A stretch of DNA of 32,000 nt from Candidatus Saccharimonadota bacterium (GCA_027925225.1 AP027131.1:180001-212000), one strand, 5' to 3'. Shown: positions 10,780 to 22,591, numbered from the stretch's first letter. Notes: generated from the sequence alone by a model not told the origin. Made by a program: numbers and translations.

Positions 10780-13309
10780 TTTTGAATCAGAAATTCAAAG
10801 TTTTTGAAAAGAAAATAATTATTTTAAAAATGCAAGAGAAGGAAGTAAAACTTTTTCAATAATTTTACCACCCCCTAATATTACGGGTGATTTGCATTTG
10901 GGACATGCTTGAGATTCTTATTTTCCTGATTTATTAATAAGATACAAAAGACTTAAAGGATATGATGCAATTTGATATCCTGGTTTAGATCATGCAGGCA
11001 TTGCAACTCAAGTTAAAGTAGAAGAAAAAATTTTAAGAGAATTAAATAAAAATTTATCTGATATTTCAAAAGAAAAATTTATTGAATTAACTTGAAAGTG
11101 AAAAAAAGATTTTGAAAACAATATTAAAAACCAATGAGAAAAATTAGGTATTGCTTTAGATTATAAAAATCTTAAATTTACTTTGGATCATGATGTAAAT
11201 GAATTTGTAATTGATACTTTTATTCATTTTTATAAAGAAGGTTTAATTTATGAAGATGAAAGATTAATAAATTGAGATAAAAAATTACAATCAGCAATTT
11301 CTGATATTGAAATAATTCATAAAGAAAATAAATCAAAACTTTATTTTATTAAATATAAAATAAAAGATGAAAATGATTATTTAATTGTAGCAACAACACG
11401 ACCAGAAACAATGTTTGGCGATGTTGCTCTTTTTATTAATTCAAATGATTTAAAAAATAAAAAATTTTTAAATAAAATTGCAATAAATCCAGTAAATAAT
11501 AGAAATCTTCCAATTCTTCATGATAAAGAAATAGATATGAATTTTGGCACAGGGATAATGAAGGTTACTCCAGCACATGATTTTTTTGATTATAAATTAG
11601 CAAAAAAATATGATTTACCCTTTATAAAAATTTTTAATAATAATGGTAAATTAAATGAAAATGTTGAATTTGAATATCAAAATCTTTCATCAGAAGAAGC
11701 TAGAAAAAAAATAATAAAAGATTTTGAAAACAAAAAAATAATTAAAAAAATAGAAGATATTAATAATGTAATTCCTATTTCTTCTCGTACTAATGTAATT
11801 GTTGAACCAATGATTTCAAAACAATGATTTTTAAAAACTTCAGAACTTTCAAAAAAAATAAAAAAATATCAAAAATCAAAGGACAAAATTCTTTTTTTCC
11901 CTTTAAAATTTGAAAAGGATTTTTTAAATTGAATAAATAAAATGGAAGATTGATGTATTTCTAGACAGATAATTTGGGGACATCGTTTACCTGTTTGAAA
12001 AAAAGGCGATGAAAAAAAAATTCAAAAAGAATCACCTGGAATTTCTTGGAAACAAAGTTGAGATGTACTTGATACTTGATTTTCTTCTTCTCTTTGGCCA
12101 ATTGTTTTTTCAAATGATAATATAAGTAAAAAATCTGAAAATCCTAACTTTTTAACTGATACGCTTTTTACTGGATATGATATTATCTTTTTTTGAGTTG
12201 CAAGAATGATAATGCAATCATTACATTTAAAAAATAAAGCTCCTTTTAAAAATGTAATTCTTCATGGACTTATAAGAGATAAAATTGGAAGAAAAATGTC
12301 AAAATCTTTAGGAAACGGAATAAATCCAATAGAAGTAATTAATAAATGGGGTTCAGATTCTTTGCGATTATTTTTATTAGGCAACTCAACTCCGGGGAAT
12401 GATTTAAAATATAATGAGAAAAAAATAAATCATTATTGATCAATTTCTAATAAACTTTTTAATATTTTTAATTTAATTTATACATATTCAGATTTAGAAA
12501 ATTTTAAATATGAAGATGATTTAAATAAATTGTCTTTAAATGATATTGACAAATACATAATAAAAAGGATAGATCAACTTATAAATTCAATTGAAAAAAA
12601 TGTTGAAAAATATAATCTTTCAATTTTAATAAATCAAATTATTATTTTTATTAATGATGATTTTTCAAGTATTTATTTAGAGTTAATAAAAAAATTTTCT
12701 GATAAAAACCAAAAGAAAAATACACTTAATATTTTTATAAGATTAATTATTTTATTACACCCTTTTATTCCGTTTTTAACTGAAAAAATTTATAGAGATT
12801 TTTCAAAAAAGTATAAACTCAAAGAATCCATTTTATTAGAAAGTTTTCCAAAAGAAAGTAAAATGAATTTCAATAATAAAGTATCTATTTTATTAGATTT
12901 AATTAGAGCTACAAGACTAATACATTCACAAACAAACTATAAATATCTTAAAAATTTAAATTTATATTTAAACAATATTTCGATAGATAATGAAGTTTTT
13001 TATAACAAGTATTTAAATGTTTTTAATGCAAATGTAAATCAAAGAGAAAAAAAAGATTTGTTTAATGGCATAGAAGTTTCTTTACATGCTGGTGTAATCT
13101 ATTATACTTTTAAAGAGGAAGAATTAATTAATTATAAAATTCTTGATAAAAAAGCTATTTCTAAATATGAATTTGAATATGAAAGAGCAAAAAATATATT
13201 AAATAATAAAAATTTTCTTGAAAAAGCAAATTCTGAATTAATTAAAAATGAAAAAATTAAGAAGGTTTTTTATAATAAATTACTTAAAATTTTAAAAAAT
13301 GAAAATTAA
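10754..13309 (+). CDS. valS: Valyl-tRNA synthetase
   Basis: The ATG at 10754 lies just after an in-frame TAG and overlaps the lon 3' end by 26 nt. HIGH region is [15 protein letters not shown] and the KMSKS region is [10 protein letters not shown]. Track ORFs 11411, 12206 and 12530 are in the same frame, with many TGA = Trp codons, giving 851 aa. Confidence 0.93.
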
Positions 13310-14231
13310 TATTAACTATGATTTTGGGATTGAAAAAAGAATTGATCAGTATTTGGTGGATTATTTTTTTAATAATGAAACAATTAAATTCTCAAGAAGT
13401 CAAATAAAACACTTAATTAATAATGGAAGAATAAAAGATGGAGATTTATTAATTAAAAAATCTGGTTATTTGTTAAAAGGTAAAGGTATAATTACCATTG
13501 ATATTCCAGATAATAACAATAATGAAAAGTTAATGAAATGGGATAGATGAGATTTAATTAATATTGTTTATGAAAATTCTGATTATCTTGTTATAAATAA
13601 ACCAGCAAATTTACCAGTACATCCTGGGAATGGTAATTATGATAAAACATTGGTTAATATTTTGGTATCTAGGTATGATAAGCTTGCAAATTCTAATACT
13701 ATAAGACCAGGAATAGTTCATAGAATTGATAAGCATACAACTGGAGTTTTAGTAATTGCTAAAACTGATGAAGCTTTTTTTCATATTCAAAACCAGTTTA
13801 TAAATAGAGAAGTAAATAAAATATATTTTGGACTTACAAAGGGTAATTTTAAAGAAAAAAAAGGAAAAGTTTTTCTTCCGCTTATAAGAAGTAGAGTAGA
13901 TCCTAGAATGATTACAGTAGCAAAAAACGGAAGAGAAGCTACTACTTTATATCAAGTTATTGAACGTTTCGATGGTTTTGATTTTGTTGAATTTAAAATA
14001 TTAACAGGAAGAACACATCAAATTAGAGTTCATTGTAAATACTTGAATGCTCCAATTTATAATGATTATCTTTATGGAAAAAAAGAAATTAGTAATCCAA
14101 ATATCGGACACTTCTTACATGCAAGAAGTATTGAATTTAAAGATTTGAATAATAAATGAGTAAAATATGAAGCAGAATTACCATATTATTTTAAAGATAA
14201 ATTAGAAGAATTACGGAAGGAAGAAAATTAA
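13299..14231 (+). CDS. rluD: RluA-family (RluD-type) 23S rRNA pseudouridine synthase with N-terminal S4 domain
   Basis: Track ORFs 13299..13550 and 13650..14159 are joined in frame through TGA codons, and the stop is the TAA at 14229. The catalytic motif is HRIDKHTTGVLVIAK, with GRTHQIRVH downstream. The gene overlaps valS by 11 nt. Confidence 0.85.
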
Positions 14232-14235
14232 TATA

Positions 14236-15888
14236 ATGTCAAAAATAAATTTTTTAGCACTGGGTGGGTTAGACGAAAAATATAAAAGTTTAAATATTTT
14301 AGAAATTGATTCTAAAATGTATATTTTAGATGCAGGTATATATGAACCATTAAAGAATAACTTTGGAATTCAATCATTTATTCCAAATCTTGATTATATT
14401 GTTGAAAATAAGGATAAAGTTAAAGGTATTTTTTTAACTACAGCAATCTATCACCAAATTGGTGCAATAATAAATATTTTAAAATTAGTTCCAGATATTA
14501 AGATATATGGTTCAAGAATAACATTGAATACTTTACATATCTTTTTTGAGAAATTTAGTTTTTCTAAAAATTTTAATTTTTTAGAAAATGGAGAAGAATA
14601 TGAAATAGGAGGTATAAAAGTTTTTCCTGTTGAATTAAATTCATCAATTCCAGGAACTTTTGGTTATATTTTTAATTCAAAGGATGGCAATATTTTTTAT
14701 TTTAATAATTATGCATTTGATTCACTTGATGAATATAAGATTCCTTTGCTTAAAAATTTAAATAATTTTTTTGATAAAGATAATTTATTATTTATTTCTG
14801 ATTCTTTAAATATGGAAATTGAATCATCAGTGTCTCCAAAATATAAAATTACAAAATACATTCAAAATTCTTTTTCTCTTAAAAAAAGAATAGTTTCTTT
14901 TATTTATGAAGAAGATTTTATAAATATAATGGAACTTATAAAACTAGCCAAAACTTATAATAAAAAGATTTATTTTTATGAAGAAAAAATGCTTAATTTT
15001 TTAAATATTATTTTTAGTGAAACAAAAATGAAAAAATATGAAAAAATATATTTTTTAAAGAAATTAAAACCAGAAAATGAAAAAGAAGCATTAATTATAA
15101 TTACTGGAAATAAGTCAAATCTTTATAAAAAAATTCAGGGTATTATTGCCGAAAATAATGATGAGGAATTTAATTTTTCAAAAAATGATGAAATTCTTTT
15201 GGCAGCAGAACCAATTCCAGGTAATGAGCATATATTTCAAGACATTGTAAACGGACTTTCAAGATATGATTCTACAATAATTATTCCTAATAAAGGCGAA
15301 AAATTTTCAATTCACCCTTCACGTTTTGATTTAAAAAACTTTTTAAGTATTTTAAAACCAAAATATTTAATTCCTATAAGAGGTTATTATAAAGATTTTT
15401 TTCTTGCTAAAAAAATGGCTGTTGAATCTGGTTTTCCAAATGAAAATATAACTATCATAGATAACGGTGATGTTGTTGAAATAAATGATAAAAGATTAAT
15501 AGGTAAAGTAAGAAAAATTAAAAATGTTGGTTCAAAAGTTATTGAAACAATAAATGATTCAGAAATTCATTCAGCAATTATCGAAGAAAGAAAACAACTC
15601 GGTAAAGATGGAATATTAACAATTAGTTTTATGATTGATAAAAAAACAAAAGAAATAATTTCTAATGTGGATGTACAAATGCGTGGGGTTATTTTTATAA
15701 AAAATCAAGAAAATTTAATGAAAAATATTGACGAAATAATTAAAAAAAATGTACTTGAATTAAATGAAAATTGAAATCTAAATAAGTTAATAAGTAACAT
15801 AAATAAAGAAGTGATAAAATTATTAAAAGCTACTATAAAAAAAGTTCCTATAATTATTATTAAAATAAAGGAAAATGAAAGAAAATAA
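14236..15888 (+). CDS. RNase J-like beta-CASP/metallo-beta-lactamase-fold protein lacking the canonical metal ligands
   Basis: The protein is 550 aa after read-through of the TGA at 15772. It is collinear with RNase J (FLALGGLDE..., ILDAGI, SDS.N, PIPGNE, KPKYLIPI.G). The HxHxDH position reads TTAIYHQ (14437-14457), and PIHGE reads PIRGY. Confidence 0.75.
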
Positions 15889-18121
15889 AAATCAAAACAC
15901 ATCAAAAAATTTAGAAAATGACGAATTAGAAACTTTAGATAGATCTTCTATTTCTTTTAAAAAAATTTTTAAAAGAAATAATAAAAAATCAATAGAAAAA
16001 TCTAAAAATACAACAAAAATTTTTTCAACATCAAATTTAGATAAAGAAAAAGAAGAAGAAATTTCAATAGAAAAAACAGTTCCCGAAAAAATAAGAGAGA
16101 AGATTGATTTTTCTTATATTTTAAAACAACAAGATAATAATAAAATAGAAAAAGAAAAATTTGAAAATCTTAAGAAAAAAATAATAAATTTAAGAGAAGA
16201 AGCAAAGGTCGGGAATGATATTTCTGAATATAATAAAAATTCAAATATTTATTTAAATCATGATTATGATATCCCTGGATATAATGATAAAAGGATTGAA
16301 AAAACAGAAAGAAATAATACAATGGAATTAAACAATAAATTTATTGAACTTGCTAAAAAAAATATAAAAGACCCAACAGGAGAAATGCCTTCTTTTAAGG
16401 ATGCTTTAGCTCAAAAAAATAAAATTGATAATGTGGTAAATAAATCTTTTTTAGAAGCAACAGGAGAAATTTCTTTTTCAAAAGATGAAAATTCTTTTTC
16501 AACAAAAGAAACAATTATAAAATCAATTAAAAATTATGAAAATGACAATTCTTTTAAAAGCGGTTATATTATTCAAAATAATATTCCTCAAGCAGAAGAG
16601 CAAATAAAAGAAAAAGATTTTTTTCTTAATAATAATGATTTTGAAGAAGATAAATTGGATTGAAATTTTAATGATACTTTTGTAAATGAAGAAATAAATT
16701 ATTTTAAAGAATATAAATATCCTCCTTTAGATTTATTTCTTAAAAAAGAAAGAGACACTGCACTTTATATTAGTGAAAGAAAATACGCAGAAGAAATAAA
16801 ATTAAAATTAGAGGAAATATTTAAACATAATAATTTAGATTTAAAAATTGTTGATTATGATTTATCAAATAGAGTTATAAGTTATTCTGTTAAGTTACCT
16901 GCACATACTAATATAAATGATATTGTTGCTTTAGAAGAAAACATAAAAATTCATTTAAATGTAAAAAATGTAAGAATACAATTACCTATACCCGATAAAT
17001 CTCTTATTGGTATTGAAATTGCTTTTACAAAAGGCGGAAATTTATCTTTTATTGAAACTTATTTAAATATTAATAAATCCTTTAATAATAATACAAAAGG
17101 TAAATATAAAATTTTTTTAGGTAAAGATATTTATAATAAAAACTTATCTTTTGATTTATTAAATTATTCAAATATTTTAATTATTGGTAATTCGGAGAAT
17201 GGGAAAAATAATTTAATAAATTTATTTATAATTTCACTTTTAATGAATTATAACCCACAAGAATTAAATTTTATTTTAATAGATCCAATAGGGACTGAAT
17301 TAATGAGTTATCATAATCTTCCTCATCTTTTAATGCCAGTTGTAAATGAAACGAAAAAAGCATTTGATGTTTTTAATTCAATTATACAAATGCTTAAAGA
17401 GAGATATATTTTAATGATGAAAAATCATGTAAGAAATATAGAAGAATTAAATGAAAAGTTAAATGATAATTCTCTTGCAAAAATTCTTATAATAGTAAAT
17501 GAATTTAGTTCACTTTATACTTTTAATCCATCGCTATTTAATAAATTTGTTTCTTTAATAAAAGAAAGAGGAAAAAAAGCAGGAGTTTTTTTTGTTGTTG
17601 CTTCTGATAAACCCAAAATTGATTTTTTAAATAGTGATTTTTTAAGAGATTTTGATTTAAGATTACTTACAAAAACAGAAGATATAAATATTTCTAAAGC
17701 TATTATTAAAAAAAACGGTGGTGAAAAACTTCTTTTTGGTGATGATTTTTTAATTTGAAAAAAAAATGATATATCTTTTAGAGCGCAAAGTTCTTATATT
17801 TCAAGAGAAGAAATTGATAAAATTGTTTATTTTTTAGAAAGAAAAACAGCACCCAAATATCAAATGCATGTCGAAGAAGATAATTTAAATTCAAAATATT
17901 TTTTAGAAAGTAGTAATTATATTCAAGCTGCAAAGATAATTTTGTGTAGAAAATCTTTTGTAAGTATTCCTCTATTACAAAGAGAATTAAATATTAATGA
18001 AACAGTAGCAAAAAAAATAGAAGATACTTTAGAATATTTAGGAATTATTGAGAAAAAAAGAGAAAGTATAAATAGAAGATATTTATTAAAAAAGGAAATT
18101 TGCTATGATAAAAAACATTGA
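15875..18121 (+). CDS. ftsK: FtsK/SpoIIIE-family DNA translocase-like protein with no TM segments and degenerate Walker A, Walker B and Arg finger
   Basis: Track ORFs 15875.., 17243.. and 17864.. and the unlisted stretch 16664-17242 share one frame, giving 748 aa. The alpha and beta domains are collinear with FtsK (YKYPPLDLF, IGIEIAF, LGKDIYNK, ILIDPIGTELMSYHNLPHLLMPVV). A gamma winged-helix domain is present (SIPLLQRELNINETVAKKIEDTLEYLGIIE). Confidence 0.8.
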
Positions 18122-18443
18122 TAATGATGAACTAAATCAATATATAAAAACTTCTAAATTTGCACTTGTTCTTTTTTATGTTGATTGATGCGGTCAATCA
18201 ATTATGACTTTAGATCTTTTTGATGATTTAGAAAAAGAATTTTCAAAAAATGAAATAGATTTTTTTAAAATTAACTCTGATAAAAATTTTTTATGAGAAA
18301 ATGAAAAAAATGGAAAATTTGGAATTAAAAAATCTCCTACTTTTATTTTTTTTAAAGAAGGTAAAGAAATAAATAGATTAGAACAATTTCAAAATAAAAA
18401 AATAATTTTAGATTATTTGAGAAATGAATTAAATGGAGAGTAA
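18105..18443 (+). CDS. Thioredoxin-fold protein with a monothiol WCGQS motif
   Basis: The ATG at 18105 overlaps ftsK by 17 nt, and the protein is 112 aa. It is absent from the ORF track because of two TGA codons. The sequence FALVLFYVDWCGQS...KSPTFIFFKEGKE matches the thioredoxin pattern (WCxxC, cis-Pro, G), but the second Cys is replaced by Ser. Confidence 0.7.
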
Positions 18444-19092
18444 AAATAATTTAAATAAAATCGAAGAATTACATTTAACTTTTGAAGAAAGAAAGTTAAT
18501 TTCAAATTTAAATAAAAATATTAAATCTCTACAAATTAAAACAGATGAATATTTAAATGCAAAAGGAGATCTTAATATTAATACAGAATCAGCCTTTATT
18601 TTTAAGTATGAAGATAGTAAAAATATTTTAGAATTGAAGAACATTATAAATGAATTTAATGATGCTATTTTTGCAATTGAATCAAATGAAATAGATTTAA
18701 AAATAAAAGAAAAATCATTTCCAAATCTTCTTAAAAGTGAAAATATTTCTTTAATAAAAAATACTTTAAATGAATATAATAATTTTTATTTGAAAACATT
18801 AAAGCAAGAAGCTTTAAATATTTTTTCTAAATTAAATTTAGAAAAAAATAAAGAAAAAATAGATGAGTTAAATAAAAAATATAAAGAAATATTACTTATT
18901 TTAAAAGAAAAAGTAAATGATAAAGATGTACTTGTTTTAGAAAGTTTAAAAAATGACTATAAACTTTTATTTTCTTTAAAATCTGATAAAAAATATGAAT
19001 TTAAAATTTCATTAGCTTGAAAATTTTTTTTGCTTGCTGCATCTTTTATAATAATTTTACTTTTTATTTTGATTCTTGTATTTAATGTTTAA
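18433..19092 (+). CDS. Tail-anchored coiled-coil protein (hypothetical)
   Basis: Track ORF 18433..19020 extends through a TGA into a single C-terminal hydrophobic helix (KFFLLAASFIIILLFILILVFNV), with the TAA at 19090. The protein is 219 aa. The gene overlaps the preceding gene by 11 nt. Confidence 0.65.
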
Positions 19093-19150
19093 TTAATTAT
19101 TTTCTTTCTTTTTAAGCTAAACTTTATTATTATTAAAATAGAGTTTTAAA

Positions 19151-19891
19151 ATGAGTATTATTACAATAGATGGTGGAGCAGCTTCGGGGAAAAGTTCAAT
19201 TGCGAGTTTACTTGCAAAAAAAATAAATTATTTTGCAGTAAATTCAGGTCTTATTTATAGACAAATAACATTTTTTCTTATTCAAGATGATTTAAAAATT
19301 AATGTAAACAACAAAGAATTTTTAAAAGATAAAAATTCTTTAAATGAATTTAAAAAATTTTTATCTTCTTTAAATTCTGAAAAATTAGAAAAAAAACTTA
19401 AAGAATTTAAAAAAAATTATTTTAAAGAAGAATTAGTAAGTGATGATATTTTAATAAAGTTATTTTCAACAAATAATAAAGAATTATTTTCAGAAAAAAT
19501 TTCTTATGCTACCTCTTATTTTTCAACTTATTTTCTTTTTTTAAGAGAATTTGTAAATGAAATTTTAATTTCAATTTCAAAAGAAAAAGAAAATGTAATT
19601 TTTGAAGGAAGAGATATGGGAACTGTTGTTTTTCCAAATGCTAAATTAAAAATTTTTCTTAAAGCTGACCCAAAAATTGCAGCCAGAAGAAGACAATTAC
19701 AGATTAATGATGAATCATATGAAGAAATATTAGAAAAAATAAAATATAGAAATAAACAAGACCAAGAAAGAAAAACCGCTCCACTTATTCCAGCGAAAGA
19801 TGCAATAATATTTGATACAAGTAAATATAATAATGCAGAGGATGCAACAAAAGAAATTATTAAACTTATAAAAGATAAAATGGATTTATAA
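19151..19891 (+). CDS. cmk: Cytidylate kinase
   Basis: The P-loop is [11 protein letters not shown]. The blocks [26 protein letters not shown] and AARRR match the Cmk layout. Confidence 0.85.
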   Translation: MSIITIDGGAASGKSSIASLLAKKINYFAVNSGLIYRQITFFLIQDDLKINVNNKEFLKDKNSLNEFKKFLSSLNSEKLEKKLKEFKKNYFKEELVSDDILIKLFSTNNKELFSEKISYATSYFSTYFLFLREFVNEILISISKEKENVIFEGRDMGTVVFPNAKLKIFLKADPKIAARRRQLQINDESYEEILEKIKYRNKQDQERKTAPLIPAKDAIIFDTSKYNNAEDATKEIIKLIKDKMDL

Positions 19892-19901
19892 TAAAAAGAA
19901 T

Positions 19902-21215
19902 ATGAAAAGTAAACTTCCTAATGTTGTAATAGTTGGTAGATCAAATGTTGGAAAATCAACATTATTTAATAAAATAATAAATAAAAAATTTTCAATTGTC
20001 CATGATGAAGAGGGAGTTACTAGAGATAGAATTTATTATCAAACAAATTGACTTAATTATTTTTTTAATTTAATTGATACGGGCGGAATTTCAAAAAATA
20101 TTAATTTACCTTTTCAAGAGGAAATTAATTTTCAAATAGAAATTGCTTTAAAAGAAGCAGATGTAATTATTTTTTTAGTATCAGGGAAAGAAGGTCTTCA
20201 AGAAGGAGATTTTTTTTTAAATAAAAAACTTAGACAATTAAAAGATAAGAAAATAGTTCTCGCAGTAAATAAAATTGATAATATTGAAAAACAAATAGAA
20301 GAATATCAATATGAAAAATTAGGAATAAAAGATATTTTTATGATTTCTTCTATTCATGGTCATAATGTTGATAAACTTTTAGATAAAATTATTTTTTATC
20401 TTCCAAAAAAAATTGAAAAAGTAGATGAAGAAATAAATATTGGAATTGTTGGTAAGCCAAATGTTGGCAAATCAACTTTACTTAATCAATTATTAAAAGA
20501 AGAAAGAGCAATCGTTTCTTCGATTCCGGGAACAACAAGAGATAGTTTTAATACAAAAATTAAATACAATGATAAAACTTATATTTTAAAAGACACGGCG
20601 GGAATTAAAAAAAACAAGAAAAGTCTAAATGATGTAGAATGATATGCTGAATTAAGAGCTAATTTAGCAATAATAGATTCTGATATAGTTTTGCATATAT
20701 TAGATTATGACCAAGAATTTACTTTTATTGATGAAAAAATTTTAGGAATTTTAAAAAATAATTTAAAACCAACAATTTTATTAATTAATAAATTAGATCT
20801 TTATAAAGGAGATAATTTAGAAAAAATAAAAAAAGATTTAAAAAATAAAATGAAATTTTCACCCTATTTAAAAGAATTATTTATTTCTGCAAAAAATAAT
20901 AAAAATATAGACAAAATTTTTCCTTTAATAGAAAAAATAATAGAAAATTCAAAAAGAAAAATCTCAATTTCAAAGTTAAATGATTTTTTATTTGAATTAC
21001 AATTAATAAAAAAGGTTCAAAATTATCATGGAATAAATGTAAAATTGACATACATTACTTATGTAAATAAAAATTATCCTCATTTTATAATATTTTCAAA
21101 CCATCCAGATATGATACATTTTTCTTATAAGCGATTTATTGAGAATCAAATAAGAAAAATTTTTGATTTTGAAGGTGTACCTATAAAAATCACTTTTAAA
21201 AGAAAGGAACAATAA
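19902..21215 (+). CDS. der: Ribosome-associated GTPase Der/EngA (tandem GTPase domains plus KH-like domain)
   Basis: The ATG at 19902 is in frame with track ORFs 20340.. and 20691.. through TGA codons, giving 437 aa. Two G domains are present: [17 protein letters not shown] and [17 protein letters not shown]. Confidence 0.92.
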
Positions 21216-21216
21216 A

Positions 21217-22221
21217 ATGGAAAGTAAATTATTACGCGATAAAATAACAATTTTTGGTTCAGGTGCCTTTGGAACAGCAATGGCTTATCTTTTATCAAAA
21301 AAAAATAATTATATTTGTATTTATGGAATAGATGAAGATGAAGTTAATGATATTTTAAATAATCATAAAAATAGTAAAATTTTTGAAAAAATATTACCTT
21401 CTTCAATAACTGCAACAACAGATATGAAGGAGGCATTAAAAGATGCAAAAATTATTATGATTGCTACACCTTCTTTTGCTGTGAGAGATTTGCTAAAAAG
21501 AATTGTAGAAAATTTAGATCATCAAATTTATATTATTAATTTGTCTAAAGGATATGATCTTGAAAAAAATGAATCTTTATCAAGTCTTATTTATGAAAGC
21601 ATTCCATCTAAATTTAATTTAGGAGTTATTAAATTGTCTGGTCCATCTTATGCAAGTGAAATTATAAGAGATGAACCAACAATTTTTAATTTTGCCTCTT
21701 TAAAAAAAGAAGTCTTTGAAAAATTAAATAAATATTTTAATATTGAAAAAATTAAATTAATTTATACTTCGGAGTTAGAAGGAGTAGAACTTCTTTCAGT
21801 TTTAAAAAATGTTTATGCAATTGTTCTTGGAATAAATAAAGGCTTAGGATATGGCAAAAATGCTGAGGCTTTACTTTTTTATCAAATTTTAGAAGAAATG
21901 AAATTAGTTTTAAAAACATTAAAAGTTAGAGAAGAGTTAGCTTATACGGTTTCTGGTCTTTGAGATTTATATTTAACGGGTACATCAAGAACTTCAAGAA
22001 ATTTTAATTCTGGTTTTTTAATTGGAGAAAATAACAAAGTAAATAAAGAGATTTTTGATACTTCAAAAACAACAGAAGGAATTATTTCTTTAAATGCAAT
22101 GAATAATTTTTTAATAAAAAATAAATTACATTTGTTATCTTTTGAATTACTTTATAAAATAATTTATGAAAAAAGTAATCCTAAAGAAGCATTTAAAATT
22201 TTTTATCAAACATATAACTAA
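21217..22221 (+). CDS. gpsA: NAD(P)H-dependent glycerol-3-phosphate dehydrogenase
   Basis: The Rossmann motif is IFGSGAFGTAMA, and GPSYASE is present. After TGA read-through the sequence reads GLWDLYLTGTSRTSRN. The stop is at 22219, giving 334 aa. Confidence 0.88.
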
Positions 22222-22226
22222 TTTTT

Positions 22227-22254
22227 TTGTTTTAAAAAAGACAATAAGTATAAT
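22227..22254 (+). promoter_or_regulatory. Candidate sigma-70-type promoter for hup (TTGTTT, 16-nt spacer, TATAAT)
   Basis: The TATAAT lies at 22249-22254, 45 nt upstream of the hup ATG, and AAGGAG lies at 22281-22286. AT-rich sequence makes chance matches likely. Confidence 0.35.
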
Positions 22255-22298
22255 TCATATTGCTTAAATCATTAATAATAAAGGAGAATATTTGAAAA

Positions 22299-22577
22299 AT
22301 GGCAATTAATAAAAAAAATTTAATCGATAAGGTTGCTTCTGAAACAAATGAAAACAAAAAAGTAGTTGAAGAAATTTTTAATTCTATTTTTTTACATTTA
22401 GGAAAAACAATTAAAAATGAAAAAAAAGTAATTGTTCCTGGTTTTGGAGTTTTTAAAATTGTTGAAAGAAAAGCAAGAACAGGAATTAATCCAAGAACAA
22501 GAGAAAAAATTGAAATTGCAGAATCAATTTCTGTAAGATTTAAACCTGCTAAAACTTTTAAAGAAGACTTACAATAA
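22299..22577 (+). CDS. hup: HU-family nucleoid DNA-binding protein
   Basis: The protein is 92 aa. The sequence GFGVFKIVERKARTGINPRTREKIEIAESISVRFKPAK is the canonical HU beta-arm. Confidence 0.93.
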   Translation: MAINKKNLIDKVASETNENKKVVEEIFNSIFLHLGKTIKNEKKVIVPGFGVFKIVERKARTGINPRTREKIEIAESISVRFKPAKTFKEDLQ

Positions 22578-22591
22578 ATAAAAAATTTATT

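Noticed and set aside
8431-22221. Many conserved genes (lon, valS, rluD, ftsK, der, gpsA and others) appear in the ORF track as two to four fragments, which could be read as pseudogenes or frameshifts.
   Set aside because: All fragments of each gene are in the same frame and are separated only by TGA codons. Under genetic code 4 they are intact. No frameshift or TAA/TAG interruption was found.
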